64,000 bases of DNA from Nitrosopumilus sp. (GCA_965223425.1 OZ245003.1:288001-352000); one strand, 5' to 3'. Positions 1 through 11,412 are shown, numbered from the stretch's first letter. Numbers and translations: made by a program. Notes: generated by a model from the sequence alone, not told the origin.

Positions 1-768
1 CGATACCTTTGCCAGCTTGCTGTCTGACATTATCTCCCTCATTGTTTGAGATTTTGTGAATGTGTAGATTCCATCCTCCCCGCCCGAATCAATTCCTTCA
101 ACGACTTGAATCTTGCATTTTTCGACATTCTGTGATTTTTGGATGAAATTAGCAAATCTTTTTTTTGTCTCGCCTGGACCAAAGACTACCATTGTATCTC
201 CCTTTTTGAGTACAGTTGATGTGGCCTGTTGCACTTGTTCAAAGAACTTTTGAATGTTGAAACTTGTCTTGTATCTCTTTCCGCCAGAGCCTGAATAAAT
301 ATTTGGAATAAATTCCAAGTGTGTTCCCCTCAACCTTGCAATTCCACAATCTCCAGTATCGATTGCAACAAGCAAAAAACCCGTTTGATTGTTGTTTGAT
401 TCTAGAATGCTCTTTTCAATCGGCAGCCATCTTTTTTTTGAAATTGTTATGCCATCATTGATTTTCAGAATAAATGAATGATGAGATCCGTGTGGTACTG
501 ATTCATTACTTGACTCAGAAATCGTCCCCCCAATTCTTAGCCTGTCCAAGACATCATCAAGGGAAATTTTTTCTGCAGTTAATGCAATTCTGACTTTGAC
601 CCTTTCGCCCTTGTCAGGTCTTGAGTAGTCTTTGTCTTGTTTTAGAACTCGCGTTGTATCCCCAATTATTTTGTCATCTTCCTTAATTATGCGACGTAGG
701 CTCAAAAGATCATCGGAATCTTCTGGTATCACGGAAATTGAATTTTCATCAATAATCTTTGTAATCAT
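1..768 (-). CDS. pelA: mRNA surveillance protein Pelota/Dom34 (runs off window start)
   Basis: Manual translation from ATG at 768: MITKIIDENSISVIPEDSDDLLSLRRII...RPDKGERVKVRIAL...LDRLRIGG...GSHH...YSGSGGKRY, typical of archaeal Pelota. Not in the ORF track. Confidence 0.88.
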   Translation of the reverse strand, partial: MITKIIDENSISVIPEDSDDLLSLRRIIKEDDKIIGDTTRVLKQDKDYSRPDKGERVKVRIALTAEKISLDDVLDRLRIGGTISESSNESVPHGSHHSFILKINDGITISKKRWLPIEKSILESNNNQTGFLLVAIDTGDCGIARLRGTHLEFIPNIYSGSGGKRYKTSFNIQKFFEQVQQATSTVLKKGDTMVVFGPGETKKRFANFIQKSQNVEKCKIQVVEGIDSGGEDGIYTFTKSQTMREIMSDSKLAKVS

Positions 769-801
769 GATATTTTTTTCAGTATACAAAAAGAAAAGAG
801 T

Positions 802-1236
802 TTAGCTTGTAACTTTGCTAGTATTTTGTTCTTCGGATTTTTTCCTTAGATAGTTTTCAACCCAGTCCAAAGTTAGAACGCCTGACTCTGCCAGATTTGT
901 AAGAGAGTTTGCAGAAGCTTCTCCGGTTACTTTGCCGTTATTTCTCCTCAATTGGCGCCATTTTAGGGACGTATTTCCACTTTTTGAATTATAGATTACT
1001 CCAAGTATGTCCCTTGCGTTTACAAACGTAATGTCCCTAATTTTTTTCAAGGTCACTTTATCGGCTGCCTCCACATAAATTGATCCCAAACTGTCCTCCC
1101 TTTCAGCAAACACCTCAAAATCTTCCAAATAACTTCTTGGCGCATAAGATTTGCATGTGCTTGAAATGACAAATCTTCGGAAACTTTCCACTGATGCGGG
1201 TGTGTCAATTGCAACCATTTTGAATGATTGAACCAT
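802..1236 (-). CDS. hypothetical protein (144 aa)
   Basis: Clean ORF co-oriented with pelota; no recognisable motif; start uncertain because the frame stays open upstream. Confidence 0.7.
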   Translation of the reverse strand: MVQSFKMVAIDTPASVESFRRFVISSTCKSYAPRSYLEDFEVFAEREDSLGSIYVEAADKVTLKKIRDITFVNARDILGVIYNSKSGNTSLKWRQLRRNNGKVTGEASANSLTNLAESGVLTLDWVENYLRKKSEEQNTSKVTS

Positions 1237-1396
1237 TGGCCATTTATCAAGCTTCTTGAAAGACTCAATAGGAATCTGTGAGAAATATGGCTTGCGGGCC
1301 GTGATGAACCTATCCCTTTGAAATGATGATGATGATGAGGATCTTGAGTTCTGAGCCTGCCTTAGGATTTTAATGGACGGCTTGCTTGAGTACTGT

Positions 1397-1816
1397 ATGA
1401 AATCTCTAACTGAACGCCTGACATTTCATGTCAAAACAAGAAGAGCCTTTGTCAATATTACTCCTGATATTAGAAAACTGGTTACAAAAAGTAAGATTCA
1501 GGAAGGACTTTGTCTTGTAAACGCAATGCACATCACTGCCAGTGTCTTCATAAATGACAATGAAAGCGGCCTGCATAAGGACTATGAAAAATGGTTAGAA
1601 GGGCTAGCGCCACACGAACCAGTTGATCAGTATGATCACAACAAAACCGGTGAGGACAATGCAGACGCTCACCTAAAACGACAAGTGATGGGGCGAGAAG
1701 TGGTTGTTGCTATCACTAATGGCAAATTAGATTTTGGTCCATGGGAACAAATTTTCTACGGTGAATTTGATGGAAAACGACCAAAGAGAGTTTTAGTTAA
1801 GATAATTGGCCAATAG
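1397..1816 (+). CDS. yjbQ: YjbQ/UPF0047 family protein (secondary thiamine-phosphate synthase-like)
   Basis: [36 protein letters not shown] motifs; start placed at MKSLTE. Confidence 0.9.
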   Translation: MKSLTERLTFHVKTRRAFVNITPDIRKLVTKSKIQEGLCLVNAMHITASVFINDNESGLHKDYEKWLEGLAPHEPVDQYDHNKTGEDNADAHLKRQVMGREVVVAITNGKLDFGPWEQIFYGEFDGKRPKRVLVKIIGQ

Positions 1817-1820
1817 TCTC

Positions 1821-1985
1821 CTATCCAAAGTCTGCATCGCGTTTTTGACTTTGTGACTCATTTTGTCTTGCAGCTGCTCTGAACTCCTCATCGTGATTTT
1901 GAGGCCCATGTCCACATTTTACACATGCTATCTTGAACCCATCATCATACTTTTCATATGTCTCACATCCACAAAAGCATGCCAT
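1821..1985 (-). CDS. small Cys/His-rich putative metal-binding protein (54 aa)
   Basis: Manual translation MACFCGCETYEKYDDGFKIACVKCGHGPQNHDEEFRAAARQNESQSQKRDADFG*; below the ORF-track size cut-off; fills the gap between DtxR and yjbQ. Confidence 0.65.
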   Translation of the reverse strand: MACFCGCETYEKYDDGFKIACVKCGHGPQNHDEEFRAAARQNESQSQKRDADFG

Positions 1986-2033
1986 ACTTGATGCAGTTTC
2001 TCAGATGATATATCTTTTAGGATGAAACTTTAC

Positions 2034-2486
2034 TTAAGCAGATTTGCAGCATTCGCCAATTGGAATATCATGATCGTGTGGGCATTTTCTTGGATGCTTT
2101 AGCATTGTACAGAGAGCATCTGTAAACTGCTTGTTCATGTGATGCTCAATTCCACATACCATCTCCTCGTCAATTTCCACCTTTAGTGCGCTATCCATGA
2201 GTACTTCTAGCAATCTGCTGTTTCTCATCATACTTGCCCCGATTGTTTGGCCTTCCTCTGTGAGTTTTACCCCTGCCTTGTTGTAGTTGACCAAATTTTG
2301 ACTGTTTAACTTTTTGAGCATTTGTACCACACTTGGCTGTCTGACATTGAGCATCTTGGCAATGGTGCTAATTTTGACATCTTCCCCCCTTTCTTTGATG
2401 TGCCAAATCGCCTTGAGATACATCTCTACGTGCTCTGCTTCTGCGGTTCCTACAAATAGAGTCTCTTCACTATCTAGTATGTCCAT
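2034..2486 (-). CDS. DtxR/MntR family metal-dependent transcriptional regulator
   Basis: EMYLKAIW, IAKMLNVRQPSVVQMLKKL HTH, IEHH, CPH motifs. Confidence 0.92.
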   Translation of the reverse strand: MDILDSEETLFVGTAEAEHVEMYLKAIWHIKERGEDVKISTIAKMLNVRQPSVVQMLKKLNSQNLVNYNKAGVKLTEEGQTIGASMMRNSRLLEVLMDSALKVEIDEEMVCGIEHHMNKQFTDALCTMLKHPRKCPHDHDIPIGECCKSA

Positions 2487-2488
2487 AC

Positions 2489-3295
2489 CTATACCTTCTT
2501 TGAATCTTTTAATAAATATTCAAAGTATTGACGTGCAAATCCAGCTAAACCTGCGTGTTCTGCCCAGATTGCCACAACATCTGAAGAGCTTTCGCCTCCT
2601 ATTTCCGGACCCAAAAGGATTACAACATATTTTTTATCAGATATTATGCCTCCTCCAAACAGCCCTTTCTTGATTTTTATCGTTGCAACTCTTTTGATTG
2701 CCTTGACGTACTCTTTGTCCATTTTGTCTGATGTAAGTATTGTAATGTCTACTCCCTTATCATGAAGTAGTCTTAATTTCGGTAATGCCTGTTTGACCAG
2801 CTCTTCCCCTGCTTCAGGCAATGCAATCATTACTTCGTTTCTACAAGACTCAACCATCTCCAAAATCTTTGCGGCAATGTTGATTGCTCCTGAGAGTACC
2901 CAAATGTCTGGTTTTTCACTGGTTCCGCTTTTCTCATACAGTGGAACCAACTCGTTTAAAATTACACTTTGGTTCTGTAAAAAATCGCTTTCCATCTTTT
3001 GTTTTGTAGTGTCTAGTCCAGTTGATGGCGATTTTGCAAAATATTTTGTCGGCCTTGAATCATCTGACCCTATCCAGCTTTTCTCTTCTAGAGATCCGAG
3101 CACTTCATAAATTTTTGAATATGGCACTCCTGACTTTTGACTGAGTTCTGATGCTGTTAGTTCTCCTGCTTTAAGCAATGCAGAAAATGTTCTGATTTCA
3201 TAGCTTGTAAGACCGACTTTTTCTAGTGCCTTTCTTGTTTTGTCAGATATGCTCATGCGATCTAGTCGATCAGCTTTCATATTTAAATCAGCCAT
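2489..3295 (-). CDS. TrmB family transcriptional regulator
   Basis: GLTSYE...LTASELSQKSGVPYSKIYEVLGSLEEK...RPTKY; start may be at MSISDK. Confidence 0.92.
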   Translation of the reverse strand: MADLNMKADRLDRMSISDKTRKALEKVGLTSYEIRTFSALLKAGELTASELSQKSGVPYSKIYEVLGSLEEKSWIGSDDSRPTKYFAKSPSTGLDTTKQKMESDFLQNQSVILNELVPLYEKSGTSEKPDIWVLSGAINIAAKILEMVESCRNEVMIALPEAGEELVKQALPKLRLLHDKGVDITILTSDKMDKEYVKAIKRVATIKIKKGLFGGGIISDKKYVVILLGPEIGGESSSDVVAIWAEHAGLAGFARQYFEYLLKDSKKV

Positions 3296-3372
3296 GCATG
3301 CTTCCTAAATTCCACACGGGGGCAAGTATGAAAGGCATTATATACCAATTCGGAAAAATTCCCAATGTAGAC

Positions 3373-5037
3373 ATGGCTCTGATTCAGATATCTAACCAAT
3401 CAACTAAAAATTTAGGCAAAAAATCTACTATCCGATTCACTCAAAGTATCTGTCCGGACTGCAACATGATTCTGGATGCTGAAGTCTTTGAGAGGGATAA
3501 CAAGGTCTTCATGTCCAAAGTCTGTCCAACTCACGGTGAATGTGAGGAACTGTACTTTGGTTCTTATGAAATGTACAAGAAATTCAGCACGTACTGGATG
3601 GATGGGAAAGGCATGCATGCCCCAAATGTAATGATTGACAAATGTTCATGTCCAAACAACTGTGGATTGTGTTCAAACCACCTATCGCACAGCGGACTGG
3701 CAAACATGATTGTAACTAACAGATGTGACTTGACATGCTGGTATTGCTTTTTCTATGTAAAGAAAGGACTTGAGGGCGCTTACATGTACGAGCCGGATCA
3801 CACTCAAGTTAGAGCAATGATGAAGACCCTAAAGTCTGAAAGACCGATTCCGGGAAACTCTATGCAGATTACTGGCGGTGAGCCAATGCTCAGAGAAGAC
3901 ATTGCTGATGTTATCAAAATTATGAAAGAGGAGGGCGTTGACCATATTCAAATGAACACAAACGGTATTAGACATGCCATGGATCCAGAGGCAGCAAGAG
4001 AGGTAAGACTTGCTGGATGCAACAACCTGTATCTCTCCTTTGATGGCGTAACTGCAAGAACAAACCCAAAGAACCACTGGGAGATTCCATATGCACTTGA
4101 CAGCTGCAGAAAGACTGGAACCACTGTAGTATTTGTTCCAACTGTAATCAAATCAATCAATGATCATGAATTAGGCGGAATAATCAGATATGCCCAAAAG
4201 AACATGGATATAGTCCATGCAGTAAACTTCCAGCCTGTATCCCTAACTGGAAGAATGGGCAAATCTGAACGTGAAAAATACAGAATCACAGTTCCAGACT
4301 GTATTCAAAGAATTGAGGAGCAAACAAACGGTGAGGTAACTGTTGATGATTGGTTCCCGGTTCCAAGCTGCATGCCACTAACTAATGTAATTGAGGCATT
4401 CTCAAGCAAGCCAAAGTACGAGTTGTCAATTCACTTTGCTTGCGGTGCAGGAACATACATCTTTGAAGATGAAGAAACAAAAAAGTTTGTTCCGCTGACA
4501 AAATTCTGTGACATTCAAGGCATGTTGGAGTTATTTGAGGATAAATCTGAAGAGATCCGCTCTGGCAAAAACAAGTACTTTACGATGCTTGAGGTTGTCA
4601 GAAAGCTCAAGGGATTTGTTGATTCCAAGAAGCAGCCGGCAGGGCTGGACTTGGCCAAGATGTTTGGCAACATACTGATGAAGAGATCATTTGATTCAGT
4701 TGGCTCATGGCACGTCAAAGGGTTGTTCCTTGGCATGATGCACTTTCAGGACAAATACAACGAAGACCTGGAAAGACTACAGAGATGTGATATTCACTAT
4801 GTCACTCCAGACCTTAGAATAATTCCATTCTGTGCATTCAACGTGATTCCGGAATGGTACAGGGACAGAATCCAAAAGAAATACTCTATCACCGTAGAGG
4901 AATGGGAAGAAAGAGAGGGAGTAAAGCTAGAAGACGGCCTATACAGAGGCCTAATGAGACGCGGTGCAGGCGACGAGCTTGCCGCCGGATGTGCAAAGAG
5001 CCAAATGTTCCATGAGGCCTCTCAGGCCACGATGTAG
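3373..5037 (+). CDS. tes: radical SAM tetraether lipid synthase (Tes / GDGT macrocycle synthase, MJ0619-like)
   Basis: N-terminal CPDC...CPTHG, CPNNCGLC..H, TNRCDLTCWYC (CxxxCxxC), QITGGEP, C-terminal RCDIHY...IPFCAFN; start placed at ATG 3373. Confidence 0.85.
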   Translation: MALIQISNQSTKNLGKKSTIRFTQSICPDCNMILDAEVFERDNKVFMSKVCPTHGECEELYFGSYEMYKKFSTYWMDGKGMHAPNVMIDKCSCPNNCGLCSNHLSHSGLANMIVTNRCDLTCWYCFFYVKKGLEGAYMYEPDHTQVRAMMKTLKSERPIPGNSMQITGGEPMLREDIADVIKIMKEEGVDHIQMNTNGIRHAMDPEAAREVRLAGCNNLYLSFDGVTARTNPKNHWEIPYALDSCRKTGTTVVFVPTVIKSINDHELGGIIRYAQKNMDIVHAVNFQPVSLTGRMGKSEREKYRITVPDCIQRIEEQTNGEVTVDDWFPVPSCMPLTNVIEAFSSKPKYELSIHFACGAGTYIFEDEETKKFVPLTKFCDIQGMLELFEDKSEEIRSGKNKYFTMLEVVRKLKGFVDSKKQPAGLDLAKMFGNILMKRSFDSVGSWHVKGLFLGMMHFQDKYNEDLERLQRCDIHYVTPDLRIIPFCAFNVIPEWYRDRIQKKYSITVEEWEEREGVKLEDGLYRGLMRRGAGDELAAGCAKSQMFHEASQATM

Positions 5038-5064
5038 AATCTCTAAAGAAACTTGTTATAGTAG

Positions 5065-5238
5065 CAATTTTTCTATACATCTGCTTGAAAATCTGGTTTG
5101 ATATTCCAACTCCAAAACAATTGTGTATACGCGGTTGGGATTTTATCTCAAAACTGGGATTATGCTTTGTCCACACATCCAAGCAACAATTATACGCGCC
5201 TTGCATCCACATCCGACATTGACCTATGGTGGTAATCT
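5065..5238. repeat. ~165-bp direct repeat, copy 1
   Basis: Near-identical to 14940-15107 (ttttctatacatct...ccgacattgaccta). Confidence 0.9.
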
Positions 5239-6428
5239 CGGTAGCTTGTTGCACAACACGCCTAAAATCCATCACGCAGTTTAAACTGACCAACAAACAC
5301 ATATGTTTCTGACCGAAAAAGCTTTAGATCATGACAGCATGCTCAAAGTGTTGACCGATAATGCAAAGTACGTACGGCGTGGTGCAGAGCTGGTAGTGCA
5401 GTACAACCCTGACTGGAGCTGCGAGGTAGGGCAGGCCAACTGCGGCAAGGAGGGGGGGCCCCGTTCCAGTATGCAGACACCATGATCATATGACAGCCGC
5501 ACTGAGAGCCGCCCTCGGCGTTCCATTCAGGCAGCTGTCCGGGATGGCAGACAAGATGCTTGAGGGGCACAACTTGCCGCACTATACCACGTGTGCAGAA
5601 GAATGGAGAAATTTGACATTAGCATTCACGGCAACGCCATATACGTTCATGATACATCCCGGCACGTAACCCTGGTGGCCGATGCCACCGGACTCAGACA
5701 GTGGAACCGCGGAGAATGGATACGCGACAAGTGGAAGGCGGTGGTGCGCAAGGGATATGTCAAGATGCACCTGCCGGCAGATGCGGACACCGGCATGATA
5801 CTGGCCGCCGTAGTCACAGACGACAGAACCGGCGACTCGCCGGTGCTGCAGGATCTGCCGGATCAGGCAGCAGCCGAACCGTTTGCCAAGACCGGGAAGG
5901 ACGATGCGAGAAGGAGGCCAAACATGCTTGCAGACGGAGTCTCTCCGCTTGCCGGTTCGGCAGGCGGCAAGGAAGAAGAAGGAAAAGAAGAAGAAGTGCC
6001 AAGTGCCAGCCTGCTTGCAGACTGCGCGTACGCCTCCAAGAAAAACATGAATGCGTGCAGGAGGAAGGGCATCGAGCCGCTTGTGCCCCTCAAGCCATGC
6101 CTTGCTGAGAGCGGCAGGGGCGATGACGGCAAGGCGTGGAACCGGGCCGTGAAAGAGCAGCTGGGAGGCAGCGCAGACATGCACGTCAAGGGACGGACGG
6201 CGGAACAGAAAAAGGAGAACAGAAGATACTGGAAGTCGACTGTAGGGTACGGCAAAAGGTGGAGAATAGAGATAATCATCTCCGCATTCAAGCGTATGTT
6301 CGGAGAGCATCTGCTCTCACGCAAATGGGAGGGCATGGTAAGAGAGGCAAGGATGAGGATTGCCATGTACAACAGGTGGGTGGCAGCAGCAATGTAGGGG
6401 AGCAGGTGCATGGATCCTGGGACGAACG

Positions 6429-9249
6429 TAGTGACTAGGATAAATAACCGCTCATCCTTGTTATCTTGACCTCACGTCTATACAGCATTGTCCATATGGA
6501 TTCCTTCATCACCTTTGTGCTTTCATACATCACGTTTGCAGTGGCCCTTCTTAACAGCCTCCACTGCCCCTCCGTGGTATTCAGCTCCGGGGTGTACACG
6601 GGCAAGTAAACAGGGACTATGTCGCCGTCATACGAGTCGACAAAATCATTGACCATCTTTGACTTGTGGTATGATGCGTTATCAAGAAATACGATGATCT
6701 TGCCGTGCTTGAGATGCAGGTGTCCGAGCATGTCCACAAAGCCGTAGCTGTCGGCCTTGGCATAGAACCTGCAGTCAAAGCCTCCGTCGTACAGCGCCCC
6801 AAACGAGTAGAACCTTTTGCGCGACAGGCTGACTGGAGTGGTGACGGGCCTGCCCTTGGGGTACCACCCGTTCTTGGTATTCCACCCAATGATAAAGGAG
6901 GCCTCGTCAACTGTAACCACCGTATGGTCTGGATGGCTCCGGATTATCTCCCCTGCTTTTTTTTAAACTCTTTTTTCTCTGATTCTGAGGCTGACTTGGG
7001 TGCTTTGGACGCGGCTTTCTGCACGAAAAGCCCATCCTGTGCAGTATGTCATATATGCTGACAGTGGCATACTGCACGCCGAACTTTTTTCTGATGTGTG
7101 CGGCCAGCAGCGGTGCCGTCCACACTCCGGACTCAAAGCCGCAACTGCGCGGGCCTGCCAGCAGGTCTGCGCGCAGCTGTTCTATCTGTTCCGGATCGAG
7201 CTTGTTTGGCGCGCCTTTGTTTTTGATGTCGTACCTGCCGTAGGTGCCAAGCTGTGCGGCGCGCACAAGCCAGCCCCGTACTGTGGAATATGACCTGTTG
7301 AGGGCCATGCATATCTGGCGTATGGACATGCCCTCCTTGCGCATGGCATATGCCAGCAGCCTTGCTGCGGCCCTGGGATCTGTCTCCTTTTTTTGCATGC
7401 TGCGCAGGCGCACACTGGAGACGCCGGACAGGAATCTTTTGTCTGCCGGTATTACTATGGAATCGTTGTATTTCATGCGGATTCTGCCATACACTGGGAT
7501 CTAGATCTTGTGGTTGAATAATGTGTAACTATTCGGATTTGTGGAGTTGTGGGGGATTTATTTTGACAGACAAATCACGCCCCGTTATATAGTGACAGTT
7601 CAAAATCGGCAAAAACGCCGCTCAGCCCCATACATGTGTGCGCGATGTTGCGGCGTTTTAGGCACAGACACACTTTACTGCCGCAGCTTTGTCCGGACAA
7701 GCCATGGGAATCCCGTCGGTTCTGCGGCCGTCAAGGCATTCCAGGATAAAACTGTACGGGTTTGCACCGCGCATCCTGCATGTGGCGTATATGCTTGCCA
7801 GCGTCTCTGTGATGTACATGCCCTTCTCGGATCTGCTGCCGTAGCTGACCTTGCGCATGGTGGCAAACATCCTCAGGGCCCTCTCGCTTTTGTTGTTGTG
7901 GTATTCCACGCCGTGCTCTAGAAACGTCAGCAGCTGATCCCCCTCCCTTTTGAGCCTTTTTGCGTACCTCCGGCAGTCCGCATCGTCGTATGACTGCCGT
8001 GCCAGCGCGTCTATCCTGTCCTGCAGCCTTTGTGTGACGTCTGCTGGAACCGCATTACTGTCGTACTTTTCCCGTGCGTCTATGGCATCCTTGAGTATGC
8101 CGTGCAGTCTCTTGAAGAATGTGGCAAACTCGTTACTGCAGCTCTCCTCCAGGGTCTTGTACATGTCCCTGAAATAGTGCAGCAGGCACTTTTGGTGTAG
8201 CAGGCCTACTCCACTCCATGCCAGATACGAGTCCGATATTACAATTCCGTCAAACTCACCTGCCAGTGCCTCTGCCACCTGCTTGCTGCGCGTCGATGAT
8301 ATGTGGTATATCACGCCGTGCGTGGAGACTAGAACCCATACCCAGTAATGCAGTCCGTTGAGAAACCATCCGGTCTCGTCCCCGTATATGGCGCGAGCCC
8401 TGTGAATCATCCCTGCAAGCAGTCCGTCGTAGACGGGCCTCATCTGGCATGCCGCCTTTTCGCACATGGAGACCAGCGTTGAACCCGGGATTTGTATCCC
8501 GTATATCATGTCAAATAGGTCAGTTATCCTTTCAAACGGTATGCCCATGCAACGCATCAGCACTACCTGGGAGATTATCGTGATTCCATACTGAGAGCCG
8601 GACAGGGTGCCGGGTATGCGTGCGGAGTGTGACGTTTTACAGTTCCTGCAGTAGCGGCGCGCCACGCTCCATCTGATGCGGCGCGCCCTGCCGTCCTGTA
8701 TGTCTGTTATGTCACGGTCGTAATCGGTACTGCTGTCTGCAAGTCTGAGACCGCATCCGGGACAATATGAAATGTCTGCGTCCCTGTGATCTGTGACTGG
8801 GATGTCAGTCTTCTGTTCCCTGTCGCGCATCCCGGTATTTTTGTCGCTTTTTGGCCGCGGATATTCCTTGAATTTTCTCACATTGTAGCTTCTTGCCTTC
8901 CTGGCCGGCTTTTGGGTTGCGGATCCTGTCCTTAGCTGCCTGTTCTCTTCTTCCAGCTGCCTGATTGTGTCATTTTGCTGCTTGATTGTATCATTTTGCT
9001 GCTTGACTTTTTCTTCCAACGACTTTCTCTCTCTTCTCTCCTGATCAAACACTGATTTGAAATGCTTAAAGAGATAGTTTGTGTCTTGGTTGTCCCAGTC
9101 TACGCGGGTAGGATCAAACTCCGCCGGCATCACATGTGTGTTCTAGCCGTGATCTTTATCTCTTTCGGCACCCCAAAATTCACTCCAGAAATCCGAATTG
9201 TTACAATAATGTTGTCTGTTTTGTGAGCGATTGTTAATCCAATTCACTA
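6429..9249 (-). mobile_element. IS630-family element type A (orfA 6907-7494, orfB 6435-6920), IS66 inserted in its left end
   Basis: IRs tagtgactagga / tccaattcacta; HTH orfA, DEA...LDNASYH...YTPELN orfB; flanked by CG/CG. Confidence 0.92.
7525..9204 (-). mobile_element. IS66-family element, single-ORF transposase 7658-9133
   Basis: GTAA...TTAC ends with IR (gtaactattcggatt / aatccgaattgttac), 8-bp TSD aataatgt; zinc ribbon, DETGW, SDSY, QKCLLH, NNKSERALR. Confidence 0.95.
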
Positions 9250-9330
9250 CGGGATGTGGTCATGCTGAGTTATGCAACACACTAGCCTACATGATCTCAG
9301 GCTTGGGACACACTTCGCTTAGCTGATTTT

Positions 9331-9457
9331 GATTCTAGATGTAGAAAAAACATATTATTCTAGAATTATACACTTTCTAAAAATTGTATAAACGTTCCAC
9401 ATGAAAGAAATACGCGCCTAAAAGATTCTAGACATAGAAAAAACCTTAAATTCTAGA
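9331..9457 (+). promoter_or_regulatory. promoter with two 34-bp direct repeats, each bounded by TCTAGA palindromes (candidate operators)
   Basis: 9331-9364 and 9424-9457 match at 28/34; the second encloses a BRE/TATA-like gaaaaaaccttaaa ~25-30 bp before ATG 9475; inverted ttataca/tgtataa lies between them. Confidence 0.6.
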
Positions 9458-9474
9458 TTTAAGCTCATTTTGCA

Positions 9475-11412
9475 ATGGTTAAGAAGGCAGACATAACTCC
9501 AGATAAATCCCTGATTCAAAAACTTGGATTGACAGGATACAGAACAGAACAAGCAATTGCAGAATTATTAGATAATTCAATTGATGCCAGAATTTCAAAT
9601 AAAGTAGAAGAAATTACAGTGCAATTAAGCCCAGAAGAAAAAATGATTCGTGTTACCGATAACGGTTGTGGAATGAATGATAAAGATTTAATCAATGCAA
9701 TGACCATTGCCAAGGGAACAAAATCAGCAGGAAAGTTAGGACAATTTGGAATGGGAATGAAAAGTGCGTGTTCTGCACTGGGGAAAAACTTTATCATAGC
9801 TACATCAGAAACTGATTCAGATAAAGAATATCAAATAGAATATGATGAAGACAGATGGTTATCAGATGAATCAAAAAATTGGCAAAATTTTGAGATATCT
9901 GAAAAAACATTGAACAACAAAGAGCAATGGCATGGAACAATAATCACAATTAAAAAACTAAGGGTACCAATATATCCAAATCAAGTATCAAAATTCAAAG
10001 AAAGTTTTGGAATACGTTATGCACCATATTTAGAATCAAATCAAATTTTCATACAAATCAATACTGTATTTTGTAAACCAGAAAAACCAGAGATGATAAA
10101 GGAAAGCATGACAAAAGTCAGAATAAAGCTATCAAGAGAGAATAAAATTTGTGGACATGTTGCATTATTGAAAAAAAGATCCATAAAAGGACACTATGGA
10201 ATTCATTTACTTAAAAATGGAAGGCTAATCAAAGCACATGAAAAATTTGGATTTTCTGCACATCCAGAAAATGCAAAAATAATCGGAGAATTGAATTTGG
10301 ATCATGTTCCAGTTAATTTCAACAAGAGTGAATTCATTAAGGAAAGTTCAGAATACCGAGAGGTTCTTGAAGCATTTAAGGCATCCCCCGAGTTAAAAGA
10401 AGCACTACATCAATCCCAATCTAAAAAAGAGATTACCGCATCAGTAGAATCAGTCTTTGACTATTTTAATGATTTTAATGAAAAATCATCATCACACCAA
10501 CAATATTATCTGGATGGAAGTGTGCGCTCAAAAATTGCAGTAGATATTTTGAACAAGACACCAAAACTAGGCACAAAAATAGGCAACAATCCGGTAGAAA
10601 TACGCTTGGAATCTATGGAAAACGCCCCACTTTATGTTACAAGTAAGAATGATTCGGGGATTGTGATCGCAATTAACAAAGGTCATAACGCGTTCAGGTT
10701 TGTAAAAAATCCATTATTTTTAATTGGTATGATAGCGTCAGAGGTCAAACTTCTTGCAATGAATTCGGATTTTGACAACATCATGCAACAAAGAAACCAA
10801 AGCTTTGATAAATTTATGCAAGAATGGTCCAAAAAACCAGTCAAAAAGGAGGAGGATTTCAGAGACAGGGAGATCAAATTGCCCAACATATCAAATTACA
10901 AGCTAGTTGATGAATTATTTGGACTGCACGATTATCTCAAAGAAAAAATAGGATTCAAATTCCAATTTACTGCACTATCAACATTGGCAACATATCTGCA
11001 TAATTTGCGCGGAAAGATCGTATATGCAATATATACAGAATCACAAAAAGGGGAATATCTTGCTGACATATTAAGCGAAGAATTTGGAAGCAAATTCACT
11101 ATTATACACAAACCGGATCTTAACACACTAAATGCACTATTAAAAATTTCAACAACAAATAGAATTATTGCAATAAGAGAGTATTCGGTAATCAAGGGAT
11201 CAACTATTGCAACTCCTGAAAAGGCTTATCTTGATTTGCTAAATGAAGTAGTTACCCACTATATACCCTTAGATAAAACAGAGCTCAGACGAATATTTTC
11301 AACTATGCAAAGATATAATCTCATAGACTATAAAAAATTAAGAACATATTCCAACTTTATCAAGAAAACAAATACACTTGAAAACATATTGGGGGATAAA
11401 TTACAATGGTAG
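9475..11412 (+). CDS. GHKL (MORC/HATPase_c-like) ATPase fused to a C-terminal AbiEi-like antitoxin domain
   Basis: AIAELLDNSIDA, DNGCGM, GQFGMGMKSA, HGTIITI GHKL motifs; C-terminal IATPEKAYLDLL and IDYKKLRTYS resemble the AbiEi C-terminal domain. Confidence 0.8.
   Translation: MVKKADITPDKSLIQKLGLTGYRTEQAIAELLDNSIDARISNKVEEITVQLSPEEKMIRVTDNGCGMNDKDLINAMTIAKGTKSAGKLGQFGMGMKSACSALGKNFIIATSETDSDKEYQIEYDEDRWLSDESKNWQNFEISEKTLNNKEQWHGTIITIKKLRVPIYPNQVSKFKESFGIRYAPYLESNQIFIQINTVFCKPEKPEMIKESMTKVRIKLSRENKICGHVALLKKRSIKGHYGIHLLKNGRLIKAHEKFGFSAHPENAKIIGELNLDHVPVNFNKSEFIKESSEYREVLEAFKASPELKEALHQSQSKKEITASVESVFDYFNDFNEKSSSHQQYYLDGSVRSKIAVDILNKTPKLGTKIGNNPVEIRLESMENAPLYVTSKNDSGIVIAINKGHNAFRFVKNPLFLIGMIASEVKLLAMNSDFDNIMQQRNQSFDKFMQEWSKKPVKKEEDFRDREIKLPNISNYKLVDELFGLHDYLKEKIGFKFQFTALSTLATYLHNLRGKIVYAIYTESQKGEYLADILSEEFGSKFTIIHKPDLNTLNALLKISTTNRIIAIREYSVIKGSTIATPEKAYLDLLNEVVTHYIPLDKTELRRIFSTMQRYNLIDYKKLRTYSNFIKKTNTLENILGDKLQW

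Larger units (their letters stand above)
5244..9282 (+). mobile_element. IS5-family (IS903-like) element, frameshifted transposase 5303-6397, carrying nested IS630 and IS66
   Basis: Imperfect IRs gcttgttgcacaac / gttatgcaacacac; DATG..GEW, KMH, AD.AY, GYGKRWRIE...FKRMFGE motifs; frameshift at G7 5452-5458 and others. Confidence 0.8.

Noticed and set aside
3226-3372. Long N-terminus of Tes overlapping trmB
   Set aside because: Overlaps a divergent gene and its promoter region; ATG 3373 fits better.
5038-5243. tRNA or att site at the island boundary
   Set aside because: No cloverleaf or T-loop motif recognisable and no integrase in the window.
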